Source: an uncultured delta proteobacterium
Lineage (GTDB): Bacteria; Myxococcota; Myxococcia; Myxococcales; Anaeromyxobacteraceae
Assembly: GCA_963766715.1 (NCBI GenBank)
Contig: CAVYBH010000004.1
Span: 1-31,129 of the forward strand
Reading direction: 5' to 3'
Length of the DNA: 31,129 nucleotides
Positions 10,719-22,166 of the stretch are shown one piece after another. Within the stretch, counting starts at the first letter, position 1, and the number at the start of each line of letters is the position of its first letter. Under the pieces are notes generated by a model. The model worked only from the letters and a program-made list of their open reading frames with translations. It was not told the DNA's origin and did not search any database. Both the position numbers and the translations under genes were made by a program.

Positions 10719-11661
10719 ATGAAGACCGACGAAACAGCGTCCGCAGGGTCGTCGTCACCGGCGCGGCAGGCGCGCTGGGACGGGCGCTCGTCGCCGCGTC
10801 GGCGCGCGAGCGCCGTCCACGCCCATCCTCGGCCTCGACCGGGACGACGCCACCCTCCCCGGCGCGACCCTCGAGCGCTGCGACGTCGCCACCGCGCGCT
10901 TCGGGGAGATCGTCCGCGCGGGCGACGTGGTCTTCCACCTCGCCGCCTTCGTCCACCGCCTTCCCCGCACCGCCGAGGAGATCCGGCAGGTCCACGAGGT
11001 GAACCACCACGCCACGGCGCGGCTGGCCGCAGGCCTGCCGGGACGCCGGCGCGACGCTCGTCTTCGTGAGCACCGTCGCCGTCTCGGCCGACTCCGAGTA
11101 CGGCAAGAGCAAGGCCGCCGCCGAGGACGCCGTCCGCCGCGCCGGCGAGGAGGGGCTCCGCTTCTCAATCGTCCGCTTCCCGCTCCTCTACGGGCCGCAC
11201 GGGCGCGGCAACATGGAGCGCCTGCTCGCGGCCATCCGGTCGGGCCGCTACTGGCCCATCGGCGATCCGGCCACGCCGAAGAGCTGCCTCTACCTCGACG
11301 ACGCGGCCCGCGCGCTCTCGCTCGCGGCGGAGCGCGGCCTGGGGGGCACCTTCGTGGCCGCGCCCGGACCCGCCCCGACGCTGGGCGAGATCCACGCCGC
11401 CGCCTACTCGGCCGTCGGGGAAGCGCGCGCCCGGGTGGTCCATCCCGCGCGGGGCGGCGCTGGCCGCCGGCCGGATCCTGCAGGGCGCGCTCTGGGCTCC
11501 TCGGGCGGGCCACGCGGCTCCCCGAGCAGGTCGAGACCCTCACCGCGCCGGCCGCCTCGGACGGCGCGCCGTTCGCGCGCGCGACGGGCTTCATCCCGGA
11601 GGTGGGGCTCGAGGAAGGGATGCGCCGCACCGCCCGGTGGCTCGAGGAGCGGCCGACGTGA
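10719..11661 (+). CDS. NAD-dependent epimerase/reductase (extended SDR; WbpK/WbpV-like UDP-4-keto-6-deoxy-HexNAc reductase)
   Basis: 'RVVVTGAAGALG' Rossmann motif, 'VVFHLAAFVH', 'VFVSTVAV', YxxxK 'YGKSK', 'RFPLLYGP'. Lies directly upstream of wbpL/wbpM-like genes. Several frameshifts. Confidence 0.75.
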
Positions 11662-12681
11662 GCCCCTGGGCGGCCATCGCGCTCGCGGCCGGCTCGGCGC
11701 TCGCCTCGGCCGTCCTCGTCCGGGGCGTGCGCGACTTCGCGAGCCAGCGCGCCCTCCTCGACCAGCCCAACGAGCGCAGCTCCCACGCGATCCCGAAGCC
11801 CCGCCTCGGCGGGGTCGGCGTCGTCCTGCCGCTCCTCTGCACCGGGACCGTGCTGGTGGGGGCCGGCCTCGCCGGCGCGCTCCTCGTCCCCCTGGCCGCC
11901 ACCGCGTTCATCGCGCTGCTCGGGCTCGCCGACGACATCCGGCCGCTGCCCGCCCGGGTCCGCTTCGGCGTGCAGGTGGGGCTCGCCTCGCTGGTGGTGG
12001 CGTCGTCCTACAGCCGGTTGCCGGCCGCGGCCGGGCTCCTCGGCGCGTGGATCCCGGCCCCGGCGCTGGCCGTGCTGGCCGTGCTCTGGATCGTCTGGCT
12101 CACGAACCTCTACAACTTCATGGACGGCATCGACGGGCTCGCCGGCGTCCAGGCCCTCACCGCCTCGGCCGGGCTGGCGGTGGTCGCGCTCGGGTGGGGG
12201 CGGGCGCGTCGGCGTGGCTGCTCCTCGCGCTCGGCGGGGCGAGCCTCGGCTTCCTCGTCTTCAACTTCCCGCCCTCCTCGATCTTCATGGGGGACGTCGG
12301 CTCCACCGCGCTGGGCTTCTTCTTCGGCTGCCTTCCCTTGTTCCCGGAGGCGCAGCCCGTGCCGCTCGCGCCCGTGGCGCTGGCGCTCTCGCTCTTCGTG
12401 CTCGACGCCACGGTGACGCTCCTGCGGCGGGTGGCGAGAGGGGAGCGGTGGTACGCGCCCCACCGGACGCACCTGTACCAGCGTCCCGTGGTCCTGGGCG
12501 TCGGCCACGGGGCCGTCCTCGTGGCCGCCAGCGCCGGGATGGGGCGGTCGCCGCCTGCGCCGTGGCGTGGCCTCTCACGGGTTCCTTCGGAAGGGTCATC
12601 GCAGCCACCTGCCGTTCTTCCTGTTCTTTCTGGGACATCGCCGTCCGGCACCTCGAAAGCGGCAGGAAGTCGAGCCCATGA
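11658..12681 (+). CDS. wbpL: Polyprenyl-phosphate HexNAc-1-P transferase (PNPT family, WbpL/WbcO-like initiating transferase)
   Basis: 'LDQPNERSSHAIPKPRLGG', 'LGLADD', 'NLYNFMDGIDGLA', 'FNFPPSSIFMGDVGS', 'PHRTHLYQR'. GTGA overlap at the start; frameshifts near 12200 and 12545. Confidence 0.85.
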
Positions 12682-12715
12682 AGCGATGTACATTGGGATG
12701 GTCACCCCGGCGTAC

Positions 12716-12745
12716 GTTTCCTGTCATTCTTGAGGGTTCGTACAG
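12716..12745 (+). promoter_or_regulatory. Degenerate copy of bipartite motif (GTTTCCT-N16-CGTACAG) upstream of wbpM
   Basis: Same 16-nt spacing as the copies at 16093, 17044 and 30704, in an AT-rich intergenic stretch. SD-like GGAGGG just before ATG 12787. Confidence 0.5.
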
Positions 12746-12786
12746 TCTCATCTGTAGATTCACGGGGTTAGCCGGAAGGGGAGGGG

Positions 12787-14695
12787 ATGGCGTACGTCCA
12801 GGGGAAGGAGACGGGCCGCTTCGCGGCCTTGTTGACCTTCGACGCCATGGCGACGACGGCGGCGCTCTTCCTCGCTGGCCGCGCTTCGCTTCGACGGCAA
12901 CACGCCGCCCGAATGGGCGCACGTCCTGTTCGACGCCCTGCCGGTCCTCGTCGGCGCGCGGCTGGTCACCTTGTGGCTCGCCCGGATGCACCGCTGGTCG
13001 TTCTACCTGTCCGGGCTCGAGGAGGGGCTTCGCCTGGGCGCGGCCACCCTGGGCGGGACGCTGCTCTTCTCCGCCATCTGGTACGTGGGGCTCCGGAGCT
13101 GGCTGCCGGTCTCCATCGTCATCCTCGAGCTCTTCATCACCTCGTTCTTCCTCGCCGCGATCCGCTACGTCCCGCGCATCGCCACCACCACCATCCGCGA
13201 GCGCTTCGACGAGGGGTACCAGCGGACGCTCATCGTGGGGGCGGGCAGCGCCGGCGACCTGCTGCTGCGCGACCTGCGCCGCTCCCCCGAGAAGAAGATC
13301 AAGGTGGTGGGGTTCGTCGACGACAACCCGCGCAAGCACAAGATGACGCTGGGCGGGAAGCCCATCCTGGGCGGCATCGAGCACCTGCCCGAGATCATCC
13401 GGCGCTACCGGGCCTCGCTCGTGATGCTCGCCATCATGGAGCTGCCCGCCGAGCGGGTCCGCCACATCCTCGACACCTGCGCCGCCTCCAAGGTGAAGTT
13501 CAAGATCATCCCCGCGTCCTTCACGCAGATGGACGAGCGGATGAGCGCGGCCATGCTCCACGACCTGCAGCCGGAGGACCTGCTGCCGCGCGTGGCGGTC
13601 GACTTCGACGCCCAGGAGATTGACTCGCTCGTCCGCGGCCGGCGCATCCTCGTCACCGGGGGCGCCGGCTCCATCGGCAGCGAGATCGCCCGGCAGGCCG
13701 TCCTGCACGGTGCGTCCCAGGTGGTTCTCGTCGACATGAACGAGAACGAGCTCTACTTCCTCTCCCGCCGGCTCAAGGCCCACCAGAACGTCACCAAGAT
13801 CCGGGCCGAGGTGGCCGACGTGCGGGAGCCCGGCCGGCTGCTCGCCCTCGGGAAGCGCTACCGCCCCCAGCTGGTCTTCCACGCCGCGGCGCACAAGCAC
13901 GTGCCGCTCATGGAGGACGCGCCCGAGGAGGCGGTGAAGAACAACGTCTTCGGGACGATCAACGCCGCCCGCATGGCCGACGCGGTCGGCGCCGAGCGCT
14001 TCGTGCTCATCTCCACCGACAAGGCGGTCCGCCCCAGCTCGGTGATGGGCGTGACGAAGCGCATCGCCGAGCTGGTGGTGCGCGACATGGGCCGGCAGAG
14101 CCGCACCCGCATGCTGGCGGTGCGCTTCGGCAACGTGCTCGGGTCGGCCGGCAGCGTGGTCCCCCTCTTCAAGCAGCAGATCGAGGCCGGCGGCCCGGTC
14201 ACGGTCACGCACCCCGAGTGCACCCGGTACTTCATGACCATCCCGGAGGCCGTGGGGCTGGTGCTGATCTCGGCGCTCGGGGACAACGGGGAGCTGTGCG
14301 TGCTGGAGATGGGAGAGCCGGTCCGCATCGCCGACCTGGCCGCGCACCTCATCACCATGGCCGGCTTCGTCCCCAACGTGGAGATCGCCATCACCTACAC
14401 CGGGCTGCGCCCCGGGGAGAAGCTGCACGAGGAGCTCATGACCGAGGAGGAGGAGCGCACCCGCAGGGTCCGCAACCGCATCCTCTCGGCCGAGAGCCCG
14501 CCCCCGCCGCAAGATCTGAGGGAGCGGCTGGCCGAGCTTCGCCGGCTCGCCGACGCGGGCGACACCGACGGGCTCCTGCGCGCCATGAAGGTCCTCGTGC
14601 CCACCTTCGAGCCCCAGGGGCTCCATGGACGCGGCCAGGAGGCCGAGCGGCGCGAGGTCTCCGAGATCTTCCCGGTGCCGCCGGCCCGGGCCTAG
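12787..14695 (+). CDS. wbpM: Membrane-bound UDP-GlcNAc 4,6-dehydratase (WbpM/CapD/PglF family)
   Basis: N-terminal TM helices, 'TLIVGAGSAG' domain, 'ILVTGGAGSIGSEIARQ', 'FHAAAHKHVPLME', 'ISTDKAVRPSSVMGVTKR', 'VRFGNVLGSAGSVVPLF', 'GLRPGEKLHEEL'. One frameshift near 12880. Confidence 0.95.
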
Positions 14696-14707
14696 CCCCG
14701 GCCTGGC

Positions 14708-16040
14708 CTAGCGCCGGTAGTAGCGGCGCAGCAGGAACGCCGTCCAGGGCAGCCCCACGAGCAGCGTGACCAGCATGTAGAGGAACATCGTCAGGAGCAC
14801 GCCGCGCGGGGTGGCGAGCACCACGATGGACCCGGTCAGCACCGCGCCCACGATGGACGGCGGCGAGCATGGGCTCCTCCTTGTGGGCGCGCATGAAGGT
14901 GGCCGCGGCGAAGACCAGGCTGTTCGCGACCGTGACGGCCGCCAGGCAGGCCAGCACCGGGAGGTCGGCGAGCCGGCCGGCGATGGGGGAGCCGATCCAG
15001 CGCAGGAACCCGGCGCCGGCGAGCGCGGCGAGCGAGGCGGACAGCACGAAGGCGAAGGAGCGCGCGGTCGCGCCCAGGAAGGTCCGGCGAAGCGTCTTCC
15101 GGTCTCCCGCCCCGACCAGCGCGGCGAAGGTGGGCCCCTTCGCGTAGACCCAGCTCATCCCGAGGGTCTGGATCGAGTTGAAGAGGGCGAAGGCCAGGCC
15201 CACGCGACCGGCCTCGACGGCGCCGTGGTAGGCGAAGATCATCGGCGTGAAGAGGTAGAAGATGAAGTAGCCGCTCACCCAGCTGAGGCCGATCCGCCAC
15301 TGGAGGGGGAGGATCTCGGCGCGCCAGGAGATCCGCTCGGTTCCGGGGGCCGCGCCGCGCCGCACCAGCCCGGCGAGCGCCCGGTTGTGGGCCCCAGCCA
15401 CCAGGCCGTGGCGGCGACGCTCACCGCCGGGAGGACGGGCAGGCTCCAGAGCCCTCCGCCGAGCGCCAGGATGGCCCACATGATCGCGTACCCGACGAGC
15501 CGAGGCGCCGGCCCGCAGCCGCGCCACCTGCCCCACGTTCCCCAGCCCCTCGGTGACCGCCAGCAGCGGGCTGAAGTAGAAGGTGGCCGCCGACGCGAGC
15601 ACGAGGAGCAGCCACGGCCCCGCCCAGGCGCGCAGCGGGAGGTCGCCGCTCCGGGAGAAGAAGAAGAGGCCCGCCACGCCGACCCCGACGAAGAAGAGGA
15701 CGGCGGCGATCCGGTACCAGCGCCGCAGCAGGGAGACGAGCGAGGCCAGCCGATCGAGGTGCCGGGCCTCCCCCTGGAGCGTCCCGTCCTCGGCGCGGGA
15801 GAGGTGGGCCACCTCGTGCCCCGCCAGCTGGGTGACCACGAAGTTCAGCCCCAGCTCGAAGAAGATGTTGAGGGCGATGAGGCTGGAGAAGGTGAAGTAG
15901 TAGCCCTGCTCCACCTTCGAGAGCCAGAAGGGGAGCAGCAGCACCATCACCACGCCGGCCAGGATCTGCCAGGTGCGCAGGACCAGGGTGGTGAGGACGT
16001 GGAAGTCGAGGCCGGCGGCGCGGCGCACGCGGGTCAGCAT
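14708..16040 (-). CDS. wzx: O-unit flippase Wzx
   Basis: Multi-TM protein with 'EQGYYFTFSSLIALNIFFELGL', 'WRAEILPLQWRIGLSWVSGYFIF', 'GAVEAGRVG', 'FMRAHKEEP'. Frameshifts near 15510, 15390 and 14860. Stop TAG at 14708-14710. Confidence 0.85.
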
Positions 16041-16092
16041 GGGCTTCCGCCCGGAAGGTAGCACGGCGAGGTCGGGCCCAGGCGAGCGAGTC

Positions 16093-16122
16093 CTTTACTC
16101 GGCGCCCGGGGGCGGCGTACGA
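16093..16122 (+). promoter_or_regulatory. Bipartite motif CTTTACT-N16-CGTACGA (putative promoter)
   Basis: CTTTACT at 16093-16099 and CGTAC at 16116-16120, 9 nt before ATG 16130. Confidence 0.65.
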
Positions 16123-16129
16123 GAGCCCG

Positions 16130-17024
16130 ATGAGCGAAAGCTGCGTCGCCTGCGGCTCTGCGGACCTGCTGCGCTACCCGGCTCGCGTCGCGCCCTTCCT
16201 GGCGGGCCGGGTGCCGGGGCTCGCCTCCGCCAGGGCCGAGCTGGCCCGCTGCCGGGCCTGCGGGCTCGCCTTCTACCTCCCGCGGCTCGCGGACGCCGAG
16301 CTGGCCGCCGTGTACCGCGGCTACAGGGACGACGACTACCAGCGGGAGCGGCAGCGGCACGAGCCGGGCTACACCCCGGAGCGGAACGCGGCCGTAGGCA
16401 AGGGCGCGCCGGAGGTGACGAACCGGAACGCCAACGTCGAGCAGACGCTGGCGCGCCACCTGGACCTGGCCGCGGTTCGAAGCGTCCTCGACTACGGGGG
16501 GGATCACGGCCAGTTCATCCCGCCCGGGCTCGGCGCGGCGCGCCGGGTGGTCTACGAGATCTCCGGCGTCCCGGCCCACGACGGGGCCGTGGCCGTCGCC
16601 AATTGGGAGGAGGCGGCCCGGGAGCGCTACGACGTCGTGCTCTGCAACCACGTGCTCGAGCACGTGCCGTACCCGGCCCGGCTGGTGGAGCAGGTCCTCG
16701 GCGTGGCCCACCCGGGAAGCTGGCTCTACTTCGAGGTCCCCTTCGAGTGGCCGTTCCGGGTGGATCCCGGGGCGGGCTGGAAGCAGCGCGCCTACCAGGC
16801 GGGGCTGCGGAGCCAGGCGCTCGCGCAGCCTGTACTTCGGCCTGACCGGCCGCTCCCCCTTCCTCCTGCACGAGCACGTGAACCTGTTCTGCGTGGAGGC
16901 CCTGCGGGCGCTGCTCGAGCGGTGCGGTCTCGCAGGTGGCCGAGATCGGCGAGCGGGAGATCGACGTGGGGTGGACGCGGATTCGGGCGTGGTCTCCGCG
17001 CTGGCGCGACCGGCCGGCGGATAA
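16130..17024 (+). CDS. Class I SAM-dependent methyltransferase with N-terminal CxxC...CxxC zinc-binding motif
   Basis: 'CVACG..CRACGLAF', 'VLDYGGDHG', 'YDVVLCNHVLEHVPYP', 'LYFEVP', 'HEHVNLF'. Frameshifts at about 16830-16990; likely stop TAA 17022-17024. Confidence 0.8.
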
Positions 17025-17043
17025 GCCCGGGATGCCCGGAATC

Positions 17044-17073
17044 CTTTACTCTTTCCACCCGGAAGACGTACAA
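17044..17073 (+). promoter_or_regulatory. Bipartite motif CTTTACT-N16-CGTACAA (putative promoter of the rfbFGH operon)
   Basis: CTTTACT at 17044-17050 and CGTAC at 17067-17071, 11 nt before GTG 17083. Preceded by ATGCCCGGA, as at 30693. Confidence 0.65.
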
Positions 17074-17082
17074 AACACCATC

Positions 17083-17865
17083 GTGAAAGCCGTCATCCTC
17101 TGCGGTGGGCAGGGCACCCGGATCCGGGACGCCAGCGAGGCCATTCCCAAGCCGATGCTGCCCATCGGCGGCAAGCCCATCGTCTGGCACATCATGAAGT
17201 CCTACGCCCACCACGGCGTGAAGGAGTTCGTGCTGTGCCTGGGCTACAAGAGCTGGCTCATCAAGGAGTTCTTCCTCAACTACCGCCCCATGACCACCGA
17301 CGTGACGGTCACGCTCGGTCGGCACGACTCGGTCGAGTTCCACGGCCGGCACGGCGAGGAGGACTGGAAGGTCACGCTCGCCGAGACCGGCGAGGACACC
17401 ATGACCGGCGGGCGCGTGGCCGCGGTGCGCCGCTACGTCGAGGGGGACGAGCCCTTCCTGCTCACCTACGGCGACGGCGTGTCCGACCTCGACGTCACCC
17501 GCCTCGTCCAGTTCCACCGCTCCCACGGCAGGGTGGCCACCGTGACCGCGGTGCGCCCGCCCGGCCGCTTCGGCGAGATGCGCATCGACGGCGAGCAGGT
17601 GACCGAGTTCAACGAGAAGCCGCAGGCCACCGAGGGGTTCATCAACGGCGGGTTCTTCGTCCTCGACGGCCGGAAGGTCTGGGACTACGTGGGCACGAGC
17701 CCCGCGACCCTGCTCGAGCGCGAGCCCATGCAGCGGCTCGCCGCCGCCTCGCAGCTGCTCGCCTTCCGGCACACCGGCTTCTGGCAGCCCATGGACACGC
17801 TGCGTGAATACACGCTGCTGAACGACCTGTGGGCGAGCGGGAAGGCGCCCTGGAAGACCTGGTGA
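17083..17865 (+). CDS. rfbF: Glucose-1-phosphate cytidylyltransferase
   Basis: '[32 protein letters not shown]', 'TMTGGRV', 'LTYGDGVSD', 'INGGFFV', '[22 protein letters not shown]'. Frame intact. Confidence 0.97.
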   Translation: MKAVILCGGQGTRIRDASEAIPKPMLPIGGKPIVWHIMKSYAHHGVKEFVLCLGYKSWLIKEFFLNYRPMTTDVTVTLGRHDSVEFHGRHGEEDWKVTLAETGEDTMTGGRVAAVRRYVEGDEPFLLTYGDGVSDLDVTRLVQFHRSHGRVATVTAVRPPGRFGEMRIDGEQVTEFNEKPQATEGFINGGFFVLDGRKVWDYVGTSPATLLEREPMQRLAAASQLLAFRHTGFWQPMDTLREYTLLNDLWASGKAPWKTW

Positions 17866-18972
17866 TGGCCGCACCCACCCGCCAGGACCTCGCCGGCGCC
17901 TACGCCGGCAAGCGGGTCTTCCTCACCGGCCACACCGGGTTCAAGGGGGGCTGGCTGGCGCTGTGGCTGCGCGACCTGGGCGCCGACGTCCACGGCTACG
18001 CGCTCGCGCCCGATCCCGATCCGGTGCTCTTCCACGCCGCCGGCGTCGAGGAGGCCGTCCACCACCGGGTCGGCGACGTGCGGGATCCGGCCGCGCTGCG
18101 GGCGGCGCTCGACCTGGCCCGCCCCGACCTCGTCTTCCACCTGGCGGCGCAGCCGCTGGTGCGGGAGAGCTACGCCGCGCCGGTGCCCACCGTCGAGACC
18201 AACGTCCTCGGGACGGTGCACCTGCTCGAGGCCATCCGGCTCGCCCGGCGCCCCTGCGCGGTGGTGGTGGTGACGAGCGACAAGGCCTACGAGAACCGGG
18301 AGCGGCACGAGGGGTACGGCGAGGACGAGGCCATGGGCGGCCACGACCTGTACTCCGCGTCGAAGGGGGCCGCCGAGGTGCTCACCTCCGCGTACCGCCG
18401 CAGCTTCTTCGCTCCCGCGCGCCTCGCCGAGCACGGCGTGGCGCTCGCCACCGCCCGGGCCGGGAACGTGGTGGGCGGGGGCGACTGGGCGAAGGACCGC
18501 ATCGTCCCGGACGCCGTCGCCGCGCTCGCGGCCGGCCGTCCCGTCCCCGTGCGCAACCCGTCGTCGGTCCGCCCCTGGCAGCACGTGCTCGAGCCGCTCT
18601 CCGGCTACCTGCTCCTGGGCGCGCGCCTGGCCGGCGCCGGCGGCGGCGCCTTCGCCGAGGGCTGGAACTTCGGCCCGCGCGACGAGGACGCCGTGCCCGG
18701 TGCGCGACCTGGTGACGAAGCTCATCGCGGCCTGGGGCAGCGGGTCCTGGGAGGACCGGAGCGACCCCGCCGCGCCGCACGAGGCGGCCTTCCTGCGGCT
18801 GCGCATCGAGAAGGCCCGGGACCGCCTGGGCTGGGCGCCGCGCTGGGACGTCGCGGAGGCCATGCGCCGCACCGCCGCGTGGTACCGGGCCTTCCACGCC
18901 GGCGCCGCGCCCGCGGCCATGCGCGCCCTCACGCTCGCCCAGATCCACGACTACGAGGGAGCCACCGCGTGA
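17865..18972 (+). CDS. rfbG: CDP-glucose 4,6-dehydratase
   Basis: '[16 protein letters not shown]', '[13 protein letters not shown]', 'TSDKAYEN', 'YSASK', '[19 protein letters not shown]', '[14 protein letters not shown]', 'WNFGP', 'PHEAAFL'. Frameshift near 18697. Confidence 0.96.
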
Positions 18973-20335
18973 CCGACCGGAAGGCCAAGGAGCGCCGGCT
19001 CACCGGCGAGATCGTCGAGGGGATGCGGGCGCTGGCCCGGCTGCGCGCCGAGGCGGAGCAGGAGCCGTTCGTCCCCGGCCAGACCCCGGTCCGCTACGCC
19101 GGCCGGGTCTACGGCGAGGAGGAGATGGCGAACCTGGCCGAGGCCTCGGCCGAGTTCTGGCTCACCGCCGGGCGCTGGCACCGGCGGCTGGAAACGGAGC
19201 TGGCCGACTGGTACGGCGTGAAGCACGCACGGCTCGTGAACTCCGGATCGTCGGCGAACCTGCTCGCGGTGGCCGCGCTCACCAGCCACCAGCTGGGCGA
19301 CCGGCGCCTCTCGCCGGGCGACGAGGTCATCACCGTGGCGGCCGGGTTCCCCACCACGGTCGCTCCCCTCGTCCAGCACGGCCTCGTGCCGGTGTTCGTG
19401 GACGTGAAGGTCGCCACCGGCAACGCCGACGTCGTCGCTGCTCGAGGCGGCCCGCTCCCCGCGGACGCGCGCGGTGATGATGGCCCACACGCTGGGCAAC
19501 CCCTTCGACCTCGGCGCCGTGAAGGCCTTCTGCGACCGGCACGACCTGTGGCTCGTCGAGGACAACTGCGACGCCGCCGGCTCGCTCTACCAGGGGAGGA
19601 AGACCGGCACCTTCGGCCACCTGGCCACGCTCTCCTTCTACCCGCCGCACCACATGACCACCGGCGAGGGCGGCGCCGTGCTCACGAGCGACGGCAAGCT
19701 GCTCCGCGCGCTGGAGAGCCTCCGCGACTGGGGGCGCGACTGCTGGTGCCAGTCGGGCGTGGACAACACCTGCGGCAAGCGCTTCGAGTGGCAGCTGGGC
19801 GAGCTGCCCGACGGCTACGACCACAAGTACGTGTACAGCCACCTCGGCTACAACTTGAAGATGACCGACCTGCAGGCGGCGGTCGGGGTGGCCCAGCTGG
19901 CCCGGCTCGGCGAGTTCGCGGCGGCGCGCCGGCGCAACTGGGCCTTCTTCCGCGAGGCCCTCGCCGGCCTCGCAGGACGTGCTCGAGCTGCCCGAGGCCA
20001 CGCCCGGCTCCGACCCCAGCTGGTTCGGCTTCCTGGTGGCGGTGCGCCCGGGGGCGCCCGTGCACGCCGCGACGACGCTGGTGCGCAAGCTCGAGGAGCG
20101 GAAGATCCAGACCCGCATGCTCTTCGCCGGCAACCTCGTCCGCCAGCCCGCGCTCACCGTGCTGGCCGCGCAGGCCCGCGCCGCCGGGACGCCCGTGCCG
20201 TTCCGGGTGTCCGGCTCGCTCGACGGGACCGACGCGGTCATGAACCGGTCCATGTGGGTGGGCGTCTATCCGGGACTCACCGAGCCGATGCGCGACTGGG
20301 TGGCCCGTTCCTTCCGGGAGATCTGCAGCCCATGA
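18969..20335 (+). CDS. rfbH: CDP-4-keto-6-deoxy-D-glucose 3-dehydrase (E1, PMP/[2Fe-2S])
   Basis: '[11 protein letters not shown]', 'AGFPTTV', 'AHTLGNPF', 'EDNCDA', '[14 protein letters not shown]' (His in place of the aminotransferase Lys), '[14 protein letters not shown]' (Fe-S ligands), '[16 protein letters not shown]'. Frameshifts near 19435 and 19975. Confidence 0.95.
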
Positions 20336-22133
20336 GCAAGATCCGCGTGGCCGACTACGTGGCCCGGCGCCTGGCCGCGCTGGGCGTGGACACGAGCTTC
20401 CTGGTGACCGGCGGGGGCGCCATGCACCTGAACGACGCCATCGGCGGCACGCCCGCGCTCCGCAAGATCTACTGCCACCAGGAGCAGGGCGCGGCCATCG
20501 CCGCGGAGGGCTACGCGCGGATCGCCGGCAAGCCGGCGCTCGTGAACGTCACGGCCGGTCCGGGCGGCATCAACGCGCTGAACGGGGTCTTCGGCGCCTA
20601 CACCGACTCGATCCCCATGGTGGTGGTCTCCGGCCAGGTGAAGCGGGAGACGCTGCCGCACCTTCAACCCGGTTCCCGGGCTCCGGCAGCTGGGCGACCA
20701 GGAGGTGGCCATCACCGAGATGGCCCGGCCCGTCACCAAGTGGGTGGGCCAGCCCGGCGCGCCCGAGGAGGTCCCGGCGCTGCTCGACGAGGCCTGGGCC
20801 GCCGCGGTGGGGGGCCGGCCCGGGCCCGGCCTGGCTCGACGTGCCCATCGACATCCAGGGCGCCTCGATCGAGGCCGACCCCGAGCTGGGCGGCAAGACC
20901 ATCCCGCTGCCGGCCGCGAAGGCGCCGCCCCCGGGATCGGTGGAGGCGGTGCTCGACGCGCTCGCCGCGGCCCGCCGTCCGGTGATCCTGGCCGGGACCG
21001 GCGTCCGCATCGCCGGCGCCATCGACGCCTTCCGCGAGGTGGTCGACCTGCTCGGCGTCCCCGTCACCACCGCCTGGACCCACGACATCCTGGACGACGA
21101 CCACCCGCTCTACGCCGGCCGGCCCGGGGACCATCGGCACGCGCGCCGGGAACTTCGCGTCCAGCACGCCGACCTGGTGCTGGTGCTGGGGTCGCGCCTC
21201 AACATCCGGCAGGTCAGCTACAACTGGGACTCGCTTCGCCCGCGGCGCCCGCAAGATCCAGGTGGACGTGGATCCGGCCGAGCTGCGCAAGCCGTTCCCG
21301 CGCCCCGACCTGGCCATCGAGGCCCACCTGGCGCCCTTCCTCGCCGAGCTGGCCGCCGGCGCGCGCGCCCGGGGCTGGAAGCCGCGCCACGCCCGCTGGG
21401 TGGCGTGGTGCCAGGACATCCGCGCCCGCTACACGCCCCGGAGCGCCGACTACCCGGTCTCGGCCGGCGCCGTGAATCCGTACCACTTCATCGAGGGGCT
21501 CTTCGAGCGGCTCGCGCCCGGCGACATCATCGCCTGCGGCGACGCCACCGCCACCATCGTCCCTTCCAGATCGGGCGGATGAAGCCGGGCATGCGCCTCT
21601 TCAGCAACTCGGGCTGCGCCTCGATGGGCTACGACCTGCCCGCCGCGGTGGGCGCCGCGGTGGCCAGCCCCGGCGTCGCGGGTCATCTGCCTGGCCGGCG
21701 ACGGCAGCGTGATGATGAACATCCAGGAGCTGCAGACCTTCAAGACCATCGCCTGCCGGTGAAGGTCTTCGTCCTCGACAACGAGGGCTACCTCTCCATC
21801 AAGCAGACGCAGCGCAACTTCTTCGGGCGGGAGTCGGGCACGTCCCCCGACTGCGGCCTCGAGTTCCCCGACTTCCGCGCGGTGGGCGCCGCCTTCGGCC
21901 TGCAGTCGATCCGGCTCACCCGCGACGGCTGGCGCGCCGAGGTGGAGGCCTTCCTGGCCCGCCCCGGGCCCGGCCTGTGCGCCGTGCCGCTCGACCAGAC
22001 CAGGAATTCATGCCGCGCCTCAAGTCCCGGATGGTGGACGGCGTCATCCGCACGCCCGAGCTCGAGGACATGTTCCCGTTCCTGGAGCGCGCGCGAGCTC
22101 GACCGCGTGCGCGACTCCGCCCTCGCCATCTGA
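20332..22133 (+). CDS. ThDP-dependent acetolactate-synthase-like carboligase (YerE-like)
   Basis: ATGA-coupled to rfbH. '[12 protein letters not shown]', '[15 protein letters not shown]', '[16 protein letters not shown]', '[13 protein letters not shown]', ThDP motif '[23 protein letters not shown]', C-terminal '[10 protein letters not shown]'. Multiple frameshifts. Confidence 0.88.
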
Positions 22134-22166
22134 CCCCGTACCCGTCCCTCGCAGGAGGAAGCGATC

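Noticed and set aside
12596..14626. Long antisense ORFs (e.g. 676 aa opposite wbpM, 556 aa at 4943-6613, 540 aa at 1543-3165)
   Set aside because: Shadow ORFs expected in very high-GC coding DNA; no recognisable motifs.
14821..14858. Direct repeat CCACGATGGAC twice, 27 bp apart
   Set aside because: Two copies inside the wzx coding sequence, encoding similar hydrophobic residues; not CRISPR-like.
18969..20335. DegT/DnrJ sugar aminotransferase
   Set aside because: His replaces the catalytic Lys and the Fe-S cysteine motif is present, which identifies an E1 dehydrase.
17829..20985. Apparent RfbG-RfbH and RfbH-ThDP enzyme fusions
   Set aside because: True C-termini with stops (18972, 20335) are present in alternative frames, so these are frameshift artefacts.
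20332..22133. Housekeeping acetolactate synthase ilvB
   Set aside because: No ilvN/ilvC nearby, and it is coupled to rfbH inside a sugar pathway, which fits a YerE-like role better.
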